From the NCBI GenBank assembly GCA_963700535.1, contig CAVOXU010000005.1, positions 65,695 through 129,694 on the forward strand: a stretch of DNA of 64,000 bases. The letters are read 5' to 3'. Made by a program: the position numbers and the translations under genes. Of this stretch, positions 50,469 to 60,126 are shown piece after piece (the stretch's first letter is position 1; every line of letters begins with the position of its first letter). Source of the DNA: Chrysiogenales bacterium (GTDB taxonomy: Bacteria; Acidobacteriota; Aminicenantia; UBA2199). Below the pieces are notes generated by a model, which worked only from the letters and a program-made list of their open reading frames with translations, had not been told where the DNA came from and ran no database searches.

Positions 50469-51903
50469 ATGATAAAAAACAACCGCGTATTCTGGTGCAT
50501 TGCAATCCTGTTGGCAATTATGGCAGCCGTCGCCTGCGCCGTCAATCCGGTATCAGGTAAAAAAGAACTGATGTTTTTTTCGGAAAAGGCCGAGATCGCC
50601 ATGGGCCAGGACACCGACCGCCAGATAAAACAGCAGTTCGGTATTTACCAGGACAAGGATTTGAATGCCTATGTCAACAGCGTGGGCCAGAAAATGGTTC
50701 CCTATTCTCATCGACCCAAACTGCAGTATCATTTCGCGGTCCTGGATACGCCGGTGGTCAACGCCTTCGCCGCCCCCGGCGGTTATATTTACGTTACGCG
50801 CGGCATCATGGCCCTGATGGGCAGTGAAGCCGAACTGGCCGCAGTTCTGGGCCATGAAATGGGCCATGTAACCGCCCGTCATTCGATGAAGCGACTGAGC
50901 GGCCAGATGTTGGCAACGATCGGCCTGGTGCTGGGCAGTGTCCTGAGCAAGGACATTGCCAAAGTGGCCGGGCTGGCCAGTATCGGCATGCAGCTGCTTT
51001 TTTTGAAATTCAGCCGCAGCGACGAGTACCAGGCCGATTCCCTGGGCATCCGCTATGCCCGCCAGGCCGCATACTCTCCAGCTGAAATGCTGCGCTTTTT
51101 CAGCGCCCTGGAGAACATGAGCGTGGAAACGGGCGGCCACAAGATTCCCTCCTTTCTTTCCACCCATCCCATGACCAGCGACCGTATCGCCAAGGTCAAA
51201 GCCATGGTCTCCAGCCGGGATGTGCGCCTGGCGGTCAAGAAAGAACCTTATCTGCGTGAGGTGGACGGCATGGTCTACGGCGATAATCCCCGCCAGGGCT
51301 TTGCCGAGAACGGCGTTTTCTACCATCCGGAGATGACTTTCAAATTCACCATCCCCAGCGGCTGGGTCGTGAACAACACTCCCATGCAGGTCATTGTGGG
51401 CGAGAAGGACGGCAAGGCGGCTCTCATCCTGCAAGCCGAAACATCCACCCGGGACCTCGACGAGTATCTGCAAGCCAAGGCCAAGGAGTTCGGTCAGGCC
51501 GAGCTTATCAAGAGCGATCCTGTAAACCGTTTTATTTCCCGGCACGCCTTTTTCCGGGTGCCCCAGGAGCAAGGCGAGCCCGCTGGCGGTCCGTTTGACC
51601 TGCATCCGCAAGGACAGCCTGATCTACACTTTCACCGGCCTGTGCACCTATGGAAGTGCAGATATTTATCAGCCGCTGCTGGATCAGGCTATCCATTCTT
51701 TTCAGCGGCTGCAAGACCCACGCTATTTGAACCGCCGCCCGCAGCACCTTTCCCTGCTTCGCCCCGACGGCCGCCAGACCCTGCAGAGCCTGATGAACAA
51801 TGCCGGCGTGGACCGCAAGTTGTGGAAACAGCTGGCGGTATTCAACGCTCTGGGATTGCAGGCCGTTCCCGAATCCGGACAGTTGATCAAACTGGTCAAA
51901 TAA
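50469..51903 (+). CDS. M48-family zinc metallopeptidase (one frame break near 51580)
   Basis: GGAGGAGG RBS plus the ATG at 50469. Signal/anchor MIKNNRVFWCIAILLAIMAAVA, HEMGHV zinc motif and DEYQAD. The C-terminus LAVRLTCIRKDSLIYTF...GQLIKLVK lies in another frame. Confidence 0.8.
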
Positions 51904-51931
51904 TGCCGTTTGCAAGCAAAGCGGAGGGCCA

Positions 51932-54401
51932 ATGAAAGGCAAAACCCTCGAAAGGAAGATGCCGGCCGGGGAAGCGGAAAAACTGAAACAGCTGAAAAGC
52001 CGGGTCCGGAAACGCACCCGGGAATTGGTCGCTGTCAACCGGGCCCTGCAGGAAAGTGAAGAGAGATACCGGGAATTGGTTGCCAATATGCCCAATGGGG
52101 TGCTGGTTCACAAAAAAGGCCGTATCGTTTTTGTCAATGCCATTATCCTGACTCCGTTATCGACTTCACTTCGGAAGAAATACTCGGCAAATCGGTTTTG
52201 GATTTTATCCATCCCGCCGACCGCGAGATCGTCGAAAAAAACATGGCCCTGCGCCTGGCCAACAAGCCGGCGGCACAAGGTTATGAAATCCGCATCGCCA
52301 CCCGCAAAGGAGAATGGCGAACCGTGGTGATCCAGGCCAAAAAAATAATTTACGACAATGAACCGGCCATCCTCTCGGTCCTGAGCGATATAACCGACAA
52401 AAATACGTTCCGAAATAATCCAGGACGCGGTGTATAAAATATCCGAAGCGACCCAAATGGCCGACAACCTGCCGGAGCTGTATCGCTCCATCCATCAGAT
52501 AATTTCCGGATTGATGTGCACTGAAAATTTTTACATCGCCCTGTTTGAGCAGGACAGCGGCATGTTGAGTTTTCCATATTTTGTCGATGAATTTGATGAC
52601 GCTCCGCAGACGCGTGGTTTAAAAAAAGGATTGACCGAATACGTGCTGCGCAGCGGCATTCCCCTGCTGGCCACACCGGAAATTCTCAGTGAACTTGAAA
52701 ACCAGGGCGAGATCGAATTGATCGGCTCTCCGTCCATCGACTGGCTGGGAGTGCCCTTGAAGATCAGGGAGAAAACCATCGGCGTGCTGGTGGCGCAGAC
52801 ATATTCACCCGGCCTGCGTTATGGTCCGGACGAAAAGAATATCCTGATCTTTGTTTCCAATCAGGTTGCCTGGGCCATCGAACGCAAGCGGTCCGAAGCC
52901 AACCTGCGCCGCAGCGAACAGAAGAACCGGGCCGTGCTCAGCGCCATGCCCGACCTGATGTTCCGGCTCGACAAGGACGGCGTGTTTCTGGATTACAAGG
53001 CCGATAAAGACAGTGATCTGCTGATGAAGCCTGAAATGTTTCTGGGCCGCAAGGTCGTTGACGTGCTGCCCCCCTGGCTGGCGGATTTGACCATGAAAAA
53101 CATCCGTCGAACCCTGCAAACCAAAAACCTGCAGATCTATGAATATGAGGTCAATATCAACGGCCAGCTGCAATATGAATGAGGCGCGCTGCGTTCTGTG
53201 CGGCAATGACGAAGTGCTGGTGCTTATCCGCAATGTCACCGAAAAACGCCGCCTGGAGCAGCAGGTGCTGCAGGCCCAGAAAATGGAAAGCCTGGGCACC
53301 CTGGCCGGCGGCATTGCCCATGATTTCAACAACATCCTGGCCGGTATCCTTGGCTACGCCTCTTTCCTGAAGTCTAAAATCGGCAGCGGACACGTTTTTT
53401 TCAAGTATGTGGATACCATCGAGCGCAGCGCCGTCCGCGCCGCCGATCTTACCTCCAAGCTCCTGGCTTTCACCCGCGGCGACAAAGTGAATTACAAACC
53501 GCTGAATATAAACAGACTGATCAGGGAAACCCTGGAGATCATCCAGCATACGATCGACAAGTCCATCAGCGTGGAAACAAAGCTTGATGAATCTCTGCCC
53601 ACCATCATGGCTGACGCCGGGCAGATCCAGCAGGTGGTGATGAACTTGTGCGTCAATGCCCGCGACGCCATGGGCAGCGGCGGCAAACTGTCAATCGCCA
53701 CCGCGACTGTAGTCATCGGGGCCAACGATCCAAAGGCGCCCGCTGGTGCCAAAAGCGGAACCTATTTGAGGATGAGTGTGGCCGATTCAGGATGCGGCAT
53801 GGACCAGGATGTGCTGACCAGGATTTTCGATCCTTTTTTCACCACCAAGGCCAAGGGGCAGGGCAGCGGCCTGGGATTGTCGGTGGTCTACGGCATCGTC
53901 AAGGGGCACGAGGGTTTTGTCACGGTCAGCAGCCAAACCGGTCAGGGCACTGTGTTCAGCGTCTATTTTCCGGCAAGCGGCAAGCCCGAAGCCCAGGAAA
54001 CATTGACGGCCGAGACCTTGCGCGGCCGCGGCGAACTGATTTTTGTGGTCGATGACGAAAGTGACATTCGCGATTTCATCCGCGATGTGCTGCAAAGCCA
54101 TGGCTACAGGGTGTTGCTTGCCGCTGACGGCGACCAGGCGTTCGACATCTACCAAGTGCGCAGTCAAGACATCGCCCTGGTCATCCTGGACATGGTTATG
54201 CCGGAAATGAGCGGCGAGGAAACTTTTTTAAAAATGAAAAAAATCAACCCGGGCATCAAGGCCCTGCTTTCCACCGGATTCAGCCAGGACAGCCGTGTAA
54301 ATGAAATTCTAAGCAAAGGGGTCATGGGATTCATCCAGAAACCCTATGATTTCAACCAGCTGCTGGCCATGATTCGCCAAATATTGGAAGCGGGGGAATA
54401 A
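51932..54401 (+). CDS. hybrid sensor histidine kinase PAS-GAF-PAS-HisKA-HATPase-REC (three frame breaks near 52140, 52400 and 53178)
   Basis: Four consecutive ORFs join into one architecture. PAS: ERYRELVANMPNGVLV...ILGKSVLDFIHPADRE. GAF: ELYRSIHQIISGLM...WLGVPL. PAS: MPDLMFRLDKDGVFLDY. H-box: GGIAHDFNNIL. N/G boxes: NLCVNARDAM, DSGCGMD, GSGLGLS. REC: IFVVDDE...LDMVMPEMSG. Confidence 0.8.
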
Positions 54402-54418
54402 GGCCGGCAAAGCCTGAT

Positions 54419-54435
54419 TGTCCTAAAATGGGACA
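54419..54435. promoter_or_regulatory. dyad site 1, TGTCCT-AAAAT-GGGACA (putative enhancer/UAS)
   Basis: Read directly. One mismatch to a perfect inverted repeat. Confidence 0.55.
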
Positions 54436-54490
54436 GTCGAAAAACCCCGAGAGCCTGATGGAATGACGGTTTTAAACAAGATCCCCAATC

Positions 54491-54507
54491 TGTCCCAAAA
54501 TGGGACA
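54491..54507. promoter_or_regulatory. dyad site 2, TGTCCC-AAAAT-GGGACA (putative enhancer/UAS)
   Basis: Perfect 6+6 inverted repeat. Confidence 0.55.
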
Positions 54508-54571
54508 CCCAGGGCGGAATTGGCCGGAACCATCTCTGGACAAGGCTTTTCAGCGTTTGCCGGCCGCCTGC

Positions 54572-54588
54572 CGTCCCAAATTGGGACA
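54572..54588. promoter_or_regulatory. dyad site 3, CGTCCC-AAATT-GGGACA (putative enhancer/UAS)
   Basis: 5+5 inverted repeat. It shares the 3' flank CCCAGG with site 2. Confidence 0.55.
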
Positions 54589-54676
54589 CCCAGGCTGCCA
54601 GGGGACAACGAAAAAAATATTTATTTTCCTTAAAAACCATTGCCAGAGAGGGTATACAGGTTTCTTACTCAAAAGA

Positions 54677-54692
54677 TGGCAGATAAATTGCT
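54677..54692 (+). promoter_or_regulatory. sigma-54 (-24/-12) promoter candidate
   Basis: TGGCAGATAAATTGCT compared with consensus TGGCAC-N5-TTGCW. The GG-N10-GC spacing is exact. It lies 35 nt upstream of the ATG at 54726. Confidence 0.65.
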
Positions 54693-54725
54693 TTAAAAAA
54701 TCATGACAGTTAATGTGGCAGAACA

Positions 54726-55574
54726 ATGATGAGGCAGGGCATGGAGCAAAAATTCCTGCAGCCGGCGATTCGCGGCAAGATCGCCGATTTGATGGATTAC
54801 CCGGTCCCGGCCGCCCGGGTGGTCCTTTCCGGTGCCAAACTGGCGGAAAAGCAATGCACGGTTACCGGCACAGAGGGTCATTTCATGTTCAACCGGATTC
54901 CGCCCGGCTCCTATACCCTGGAAGTTATTTATTCCGGGTTCAGCAAGCTGGTGCAGCGGGGGATTGCCGTGCGCGACCACGCCATCACCGGCCTGGATCT
55001 TAAAATGGATTTCCTGGAAGATTCCCGCACCATCAAGCTGCGGGCCATGTCCCTGGAATTCATCAACGACGCGCCGCCGGCCGCGGCTGCCGCTGCGCCC
55101 TCGGACCTGGCCCGGCAGTTGTCAGAGGTGGCAGCCGGTCTCTGTTTGGACAGGGTTCTGTTCAACCCGCCGCCGGTTTTGAAGGTCGGAGCCGTGACCA
55201 CTTTTGAACTCGGGGTCTATCAGAACCTGAAAGAAGAGGTCATGCGCCGCCTGCTGGAACGGAACATCGGCCGTTTTGACCGGGACCAGATCGAGGTGAT
55301 TCTCCAGGCCGACCTGCAGGTCGCGGGCTGTCAGGTTTTGCTCAGTGGCAAGCCACTGGCAACCGTCAACGGAGCCAGGTACCTGGGTTGGGAATGGGAA
55401 ATTCTGCCGGAAATTTCGGGCCTGGGACTGATCGTCCTGCGTCTGGAAACCAGCGTGCGTTTTGCCGAATACGGTGAACGGAAAAAATGCCTGCTGATGC
55501 TGGACCGCGATGTCAGGATCAAGAGGAACCATTGGTTAACTTTGCGGCGTTTTTTTAAAAACAAGCTGGTTTAA
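54726..55574 (+). CDS. carboxypeptidase-regulatory-like (beta-sandwich) domain protein with unknown C-terminal domain
   Basis: IRGKIADLMDYPVPAARVVLSG...TVTGTEGHFMFNRIPPGSYTLEVIYSGF fits the CarboxypepD_reg pattern. An Ala-rich linker and a ~150-aa unassigned domain follow. No signal peptide. The ATG at 54741, with a GAGG RBS, is an alternative start. Confidence 0.5.
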   Translation: MMRQGMEQKFLQPAIRGKIADLMDYPVPAARVVLSGAKLAEKQCTVTGTEGHFMFNRIPPGSYTLEVIYSGFSKLVQRGIAVRDHAITGLDLKMDFLEDSRTIKLRAMSLEFINDAPPAAAAAAPSDLARQLSEVAAGLCLDRVLFNPPPVLKVGAVTTFELGVYQNLKEEVMRRLLERNIGRFDRDQIEVILQADLQVAGCQVLLSGKPLATVNGARYLGWEWEILPEISGLGLIVLRLETSVRFAEYGERKKCLLMLDRDVRIKRNHWLTLRRFFKNKLV

Positions 55575-55586
55575 GTTGGATACCCA

Positions 55587-55995
55587 TTGGATATATTAAT
55601 CGTTGAGGACGAAGCGGTGCTGGCCATGGTCTATCTGCAGCAGTTGCGGGAACTCGGCTACCAGGACGTGGGCCTGGCTTTCAGCGGCAAGGACGCCCTG
55701 GCCGCGGTGGAAAGGAGACGGCCGAAACTGATCCTGCTCGACATCAAGCTCCGGGGTGACCTGGACGGCATCGGAGTGGCGGAAATCATCCGCTGCCGCC
55801 ATAAGGTGCCTGATCGTTTACATCACCGCCTATTCCGATGCGGAAACGTTGCGGCGCGCCTGGCGCACCGACCCGGTCTGCATTTTGGGCAAGATCGGGA
55901 ACAGTGGAGAACTATCCAGGGTAGTAGCGACGATCATGGCTGAGGAGCGGGATCACCCTCCGGGCCTAAAACGGATTTATGTTTACAATAAATAA
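55587..55995 (+). CDS. single-domain response regulator (REC), one frame break near 55812
   Basis: DILIVEDEAV...KLILLDIKLRGDLDG, then in the other frame IVYITAYSDAETLRRA. TTG start. Confidence 0.65.
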
Positions 55996-56020
55996 ATTAA
56001 AAAAGCAAAGGAGGAGTTAC

Positions 56021-56655
56021 ATGAAAAAAAGAATGGTTAAGTTGATTGTTGGCTCTGGTTCTGGTCGGCATTTCCATTGTTTATTTGAATGCTGTCATGG
56101 TTGTAAACGATCCGCTACAGTCCCTTTCCAGGCAAGACCAGCGTCCAGGTCGGCGACATGATCACGGATAGCGCTTCCGAGCTGCTGCAATCGGCATCGG
56201 AAGCCTTCCTGTTCCTGAACGAGGTCGAGATCGCCGGCAAAAACGGCTTGAACGTGGGCAGCGCCCTGCAGCGGGTGGATATGGCCGCGGCCAGGGTGGA
56301 GCAGGCCTTGAATTTGTTCAAGAACATCATCGCCGTCGGCAGTGAGGCCGGGTACGAAAAAAACCGCATCGGCAAATTAATGGATTTCTCTTACGGTCAG
56401 TTCGCCAGGGACAACGGCCTGAGCGAGGAAACCATGAACGAGGTCTCCGCTTACCTGGCCAAGGGCAATGTGCTGGGCTTCTACCGCCGCCACGCCCGCA
56501 ACCTGCAGAAGCTGTTGAACACCTTGCAGCTCATCAAAACCGATCTGCTGGCCGGCAAGCTTTCGGAAAACCAGGTGTTGTGGTCGCTGCTGCAGCAGTA
56601 CAGCAGCACCATGATGTTCGGCAACTACGCTTCCCTGGTCTTTTACAAAATTTAA
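56021..56655 (+). CDS. membrane-anchored helical hypothetical protein (two frame breaks near 56045 and 56125)
   Basis: MKKRMVKL, then LLALVLVGISIVYLNAVMVV (TM) in a second frame, then the 165-aa helical ORF 56158-56655 in a third frame. Confidence 0.4.
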
Positions 56656-56669
56656 TTGCGCTTGAAACA

Positions 56670-56700
56670 GGGGCGGCCTGAAGACCGCCCGTTGTTTTTT
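56670..56700 (+). terminator. intrinsic terminator
   Basis: GGGCGG (56671-56676), an 8-nt loop, CCGCCC (56685-56690), then GTTGTTTTTT. Confidence 0.6.
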
Positions 56701-56724
56701 CGCCGCGATCTGCTATGATAAAGC

Positions 56725-58070
56725 ATGCTTGCATTTTTGCGCTTTGAACGGCGGAGACTTTTCGGCGAAAAAAAGAACCTGATCTTCCTTGGCTTTATCT
56801 CCCTGTTCTCGGCCTATTTCGTCTGGTCGGGTTTGAACGAGTACCGGCAATTCCAGGCTGAAAAAAAAATCTTCATCAAATTTGAAAAGGAAAAAATCAA
56901 ACCAAATTGTTACATATTCTCAATATGGAGCTTTCGGATTTCGTCTTCTTTACGAAGCTTCGCCCCTGAACCTGTTTTTCGTCAACAGCAGCGTGCTGCA
57001 GGACGTGGAAAGCAACATCGACAATTTCGAAGCCATTAAGGTGGAAAGTTCGTTCAAGGGCAAAAAGTTGTTTTTAAAGCGGGGATATTTCAAGGATTTC
57101 GCCGGCATCCCCTTTATTTTCGGTTCGCTGTTCATGCTCTACCTGGGCCACCTGGCCCTGGTCAGCCCGGCCTATCTGCGCTTCATGACGCGGCCGCATG
57201 GCCTTGAAAAAGTATTATGCCCTGACCACGGCCGCGCGCCTGTTCTGGCTGGATCTTTTTTTTGTCGCGCTGGGCTTGGGATTGTTTTTCCTGGTCCAAC
57301 TCGGGGGAGTGACTTTTTCCGCAGCAGAAAAAAGGATTTTCTATTTCGTACCTGTTGTTCCTGGTGCTGTTGCTCGACTTTTTTTACCTGCTGGGCCAGT
57401 TGACCTCGGTGCTGGTCCGTTTTCGAAAAGTTTTTTTCCTTTGGTTTTTCATCGTCTGGTTCTTTTGCATTTTTCTGCTGCCCGAGATCGAACCGCATCA
57501 GCGTATTCAATCAATCACTGGTCCTGGAATCGGCTGAAAAGGTCAACCTGGACAAGTTCCGCACCCTGATGGACCTGGAAAAAAAATTCCGCGATTATCT
57601 GAAAGTGAATCCGGCCGCCACCCCTTGGATCAGATCAGGCAGATGCAGAAAAAATTCGCCGTCCAGTTCATCAACAGCAGCTATTTGGTGAACACCGGTC
57701 TTGAAACCAAGTATCTCCGCGACGTGGAAAGAGTGATCGCCGGCCATGAGCGGCAGTCGGTCCTTTTTCCCACGACCTTTTATCACTTTCTTACCGGAGA
57801 GGCTTCGGGGAAGGGTTATTACGGATACCTGGACTTCATGGATTATATCATGAAACTGCGCAACCGTTTTGTTCAGTATTACTTGAAAAAACGCTATGAA
57901 TCGAACGATACGGTTGTGGAATCATTCGTGAAAAACGACGAAAATATTTTTCGCGCCCGCAGCCGCCTGCCGAAAACTTTCTGGCTCGGGCTGCTGACCA
58001 CGCATTTTATATTACCGCCTTCCTGGCCCTGACCTACTGGCTGCTGCGCCGCCAGGTGTTCCGGCCATGA
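56725..58070 (+). pseudogene. ABC-2-type-permease-like polytopic membrane protein, frame broken at least 5 times
   Basis: Sensible hydrophobic sequence hops between ORFs 56725-57039, 56882-57403, 57198-57569, 57355-57537, an unlisted frame (SLVLESAEKVNLDKFRTLMDLEKKFRDYL), 57625-58032, and a final frame (FYITAFLALTYWLLRRQVFRP). Its stop overlaps the next ATG (ATGA). Confidence 0.4.
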
Positions 58071-58756
58071 TCGCCTTAAAAAACCTGGCCATGGAAAAAG
58101 ACGATTTCTACCTGTCCGCTCTCAGCCTGGAAGTTGCCGCGGGCGAGATCTATTTTTTGCTCAACCGCCTGGATCAGGACAACGATTTCCTGTTCCGCAT
58201 CTTAAGCGGATTCCAGGCTGCCGGGAACGGGGAGATCTCCTATGACGGCAAGCGCCTCCTCGGGGCGGTGCCTCCCAAAACCGCTGTTTTCATAGATCGC
58301 GTCAACGATCGTGCCGATTTCGATACCGAGGCCCGCCTCGGCCAGTGGTTCGATTTTTTATGCGCCCAGGGCCTCGGCCGCGAGAACATTTTCAAAACGC
58401 TGCTGGTCGGCAATTTCCATGAACGGCAATTGAAAAAAATGGTGCGCGACCTGGCTCCGGAAACCTTCAAGCTGGCTTACCTGGCCATCTGCCTGGCCGC
58501 AAGCAGCACCAATGTCGTGATCAATAATTTCATCAAGGGGTCGGGAAAAAATTTCGAATTGAAATTCAACAAGCTGCTGCTGCAACAAAAAGCTGCTGGC
58601 CGCTCCATCCTGTTCCTGGGCAGTGATATTTTTTACGCTTCGGAAATCGCCGACCGGGTGGGTTTCCTCAAGAACGGCCGTTTGATGTTTGAAGCCGCTG
58701 CCGCCGATCTGAAGGAAATGGACATCAAGGACCTTTATTTGAAATTTTTGAATTGA
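58067..58756 (+). CDS. ABC-ATPase homologue lacking all catalytic motifs
   Basis: Length and layout match an ABC nucleotide-binding domain (LSLEVAAGEIYFLL...RILSG...GEISYDGKRL...ILFLGSD...IADRVGFLKNGRL). Walker A is NRLDQDND. The signature region is LAPETFKLAYL. Walker B is NVVINNFIKG. The H-loop His is replaced. The other two frames through the P-loop region do not restore GxxGxGK[ST]. Confidence 0.6.
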   Translation: MIALKNLAMEKDDFYLSALSLEVAAGEIYFLLNRLDQDNDFLFRILSGFQAAGNGEISYDGKRLLGAVPPKTAVFIDRVNDRADFDTEARLGQWFDFLCAQGLGRENIFKTLLVGNFHERQLKKMVRDLAPETFKLAYLAICLAASSTNVVINNFIKGSGKNFELKFNKLLLQQKAAGRSILFLGSDIFYASEIADRVGFLKNGRLMFEAAAADLKEMDIKDLYLKFLN

Positions 58757-58772
58757 TGTTTTCTGGCGGATT

Positions 58773-60124
58773 TTATTTCTGCTTTTGCCATTCCGTTATT
58801 TTGCGGTAAAGGGATGAGCGGGAAATGCCCAGGATCTCGGCCGCCAGGGTATGGTTTTGAGCGGTCCGGCGCAGGACTTTCTGGATATGAGCGATCTCGA
58901 TTTCGGCCAGGCTGAGCTCACGATCATCGCCGCCGGCAGTTTCTTCCGGGCTGGACGATCTTGAGCGGCAGGTGCTCGGGCCGGATCAGGGCGTGGTGGC
59001 CGGAGGCGGAGATCTTGAAAATGGTATTTTTCAATTCGCGCACATTGCCCGGCCAGGCGTATTCGCTCAGCAGGCGCTGCGCTTCAGCGCTGAAGGCGGA
59101 TACAGGCCTTGAATTGGCCAGGTTGGCAATGCGCAGGAAATGGTCGGCCAGGGGGACGATATCGGTTTTTCTTTCCCGCAGGGGCGGGATGTGGATCTTC
59201 AGTTCGTCTATGCGGTAAAAGAGGTCGGCGCGAAAGCGCTTTTGTCTGACCTCGTCTTCCAATTCCTTGTTGGTGGCGGCCAGGACGCGGATATCGACGC
59301 GGACGGGATTTTTGCTTTTCAGCGGAGTGACTTCGCCGTTTTCCAGGACGCGCAGGAGCTTGGCCTGGATATTGGGCGGCAGCTCGCCGATCTCATCCAG
59401 AAAAATCGTGCCGTTGTCGGCCAGAACGAACTTCCCGGGCGAATCGGCGTAAGCGCCCGTGAAGGCGCCCTTTTTGTATCCGAACAATTCCGATTCGGCC
59501 AGGTTTTCCGGAATCGAGGCGCAGTTGACCGAAAGCAACGGCTGGTTTTTGCGCCGGGAGCAGGCATGGATGGCCTGGGCCATCAACTCCTTGCCGGTGC
59601 CGGTTTCGCCGCTGATCAGGATGGTGTGAACTGTGGCCGCGTATGCACTGGCCGTGCGGATCAGCTCTGCCATGACCCTGCTGTTGAATGTGAATTTGTC
59701 GAAGCCGGCCACACTGCTGATCTCTTGTTTGAGGTCCTGGCAATCGCTGCGGGCCTGGATGAATTCGAAAATACGATGAAGCGTGATGAGCAGCAATTCA
59801 GGGTTCACCGGTTTTTGCAGAAAATCGTGCGCGCCTTTTTTCATCGCCAGCACTGCGGTTTCAACGGAACCGGTCCCGGTCAGCACTACCATGCGATCAG
59901 GGTAATGCCGGGAAAATCGTTCCAGGATGTCCAGACCGCTGCCGTCGGGCAGGGTCAGGTCCAGGAGAACCAGGTCAAAAGAGCTCTCTTGCAGCTGGCG
60001 CATGGCATCGGCCAGGCAAGCGCTTTGGCGTGACGCGAAAACCATTCTGGCCAAGGAATTTGTCAAGCGCTTCGCGCAGAGGCTTGTCATCCTCAACCAG
60101 CAAAATGTGTCTTTGCTTCTCCAT
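58773..60124 (-). CDS. sigma-54-dependent NtrC-family response regulator (REC-AAA+-Fis HTH), two frame breaks near 60040 and 58945
   Basis: MEKQRHILLVEDDKPLREAL, then LVLLDLTLPDGSG. Walker A is ISGETGTGKE. GAFTGA loop (KKGAFTGAY). ENLAESELFG and RADLFYRI are present. The HTH LSLAEIEIAHIQKVLRRTAQNHTLAAEILGISRSSLYRKI lies in another frame and ends at 58773. Confidence 0.85.
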
Positions 60125-60126
60125 GT

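Noticed and set aside
50553-51611. 352-aa minus-strand ORF
   Set aside because: It is antisense to the M48 peptidase gene, which carries the HEMGH motif. Its composition is shadow-ORF-like. The same holds for 59140-60033 and 60371-61330 (antisense to the activator and kinase), 62161-62946 (antisense to glyQ) and 3679-4512.
54344-54706. Small ORFs (98, 61 and 68 aa) inside the 54.4-54.7 kb spacer
   Set aside because: They overlap each other on both strands, are Pro/Gly/Trp-rich because they read through the GGGACA/TGTCCC dyads, and have no RBS. The region is better explained as regulatory DNA.
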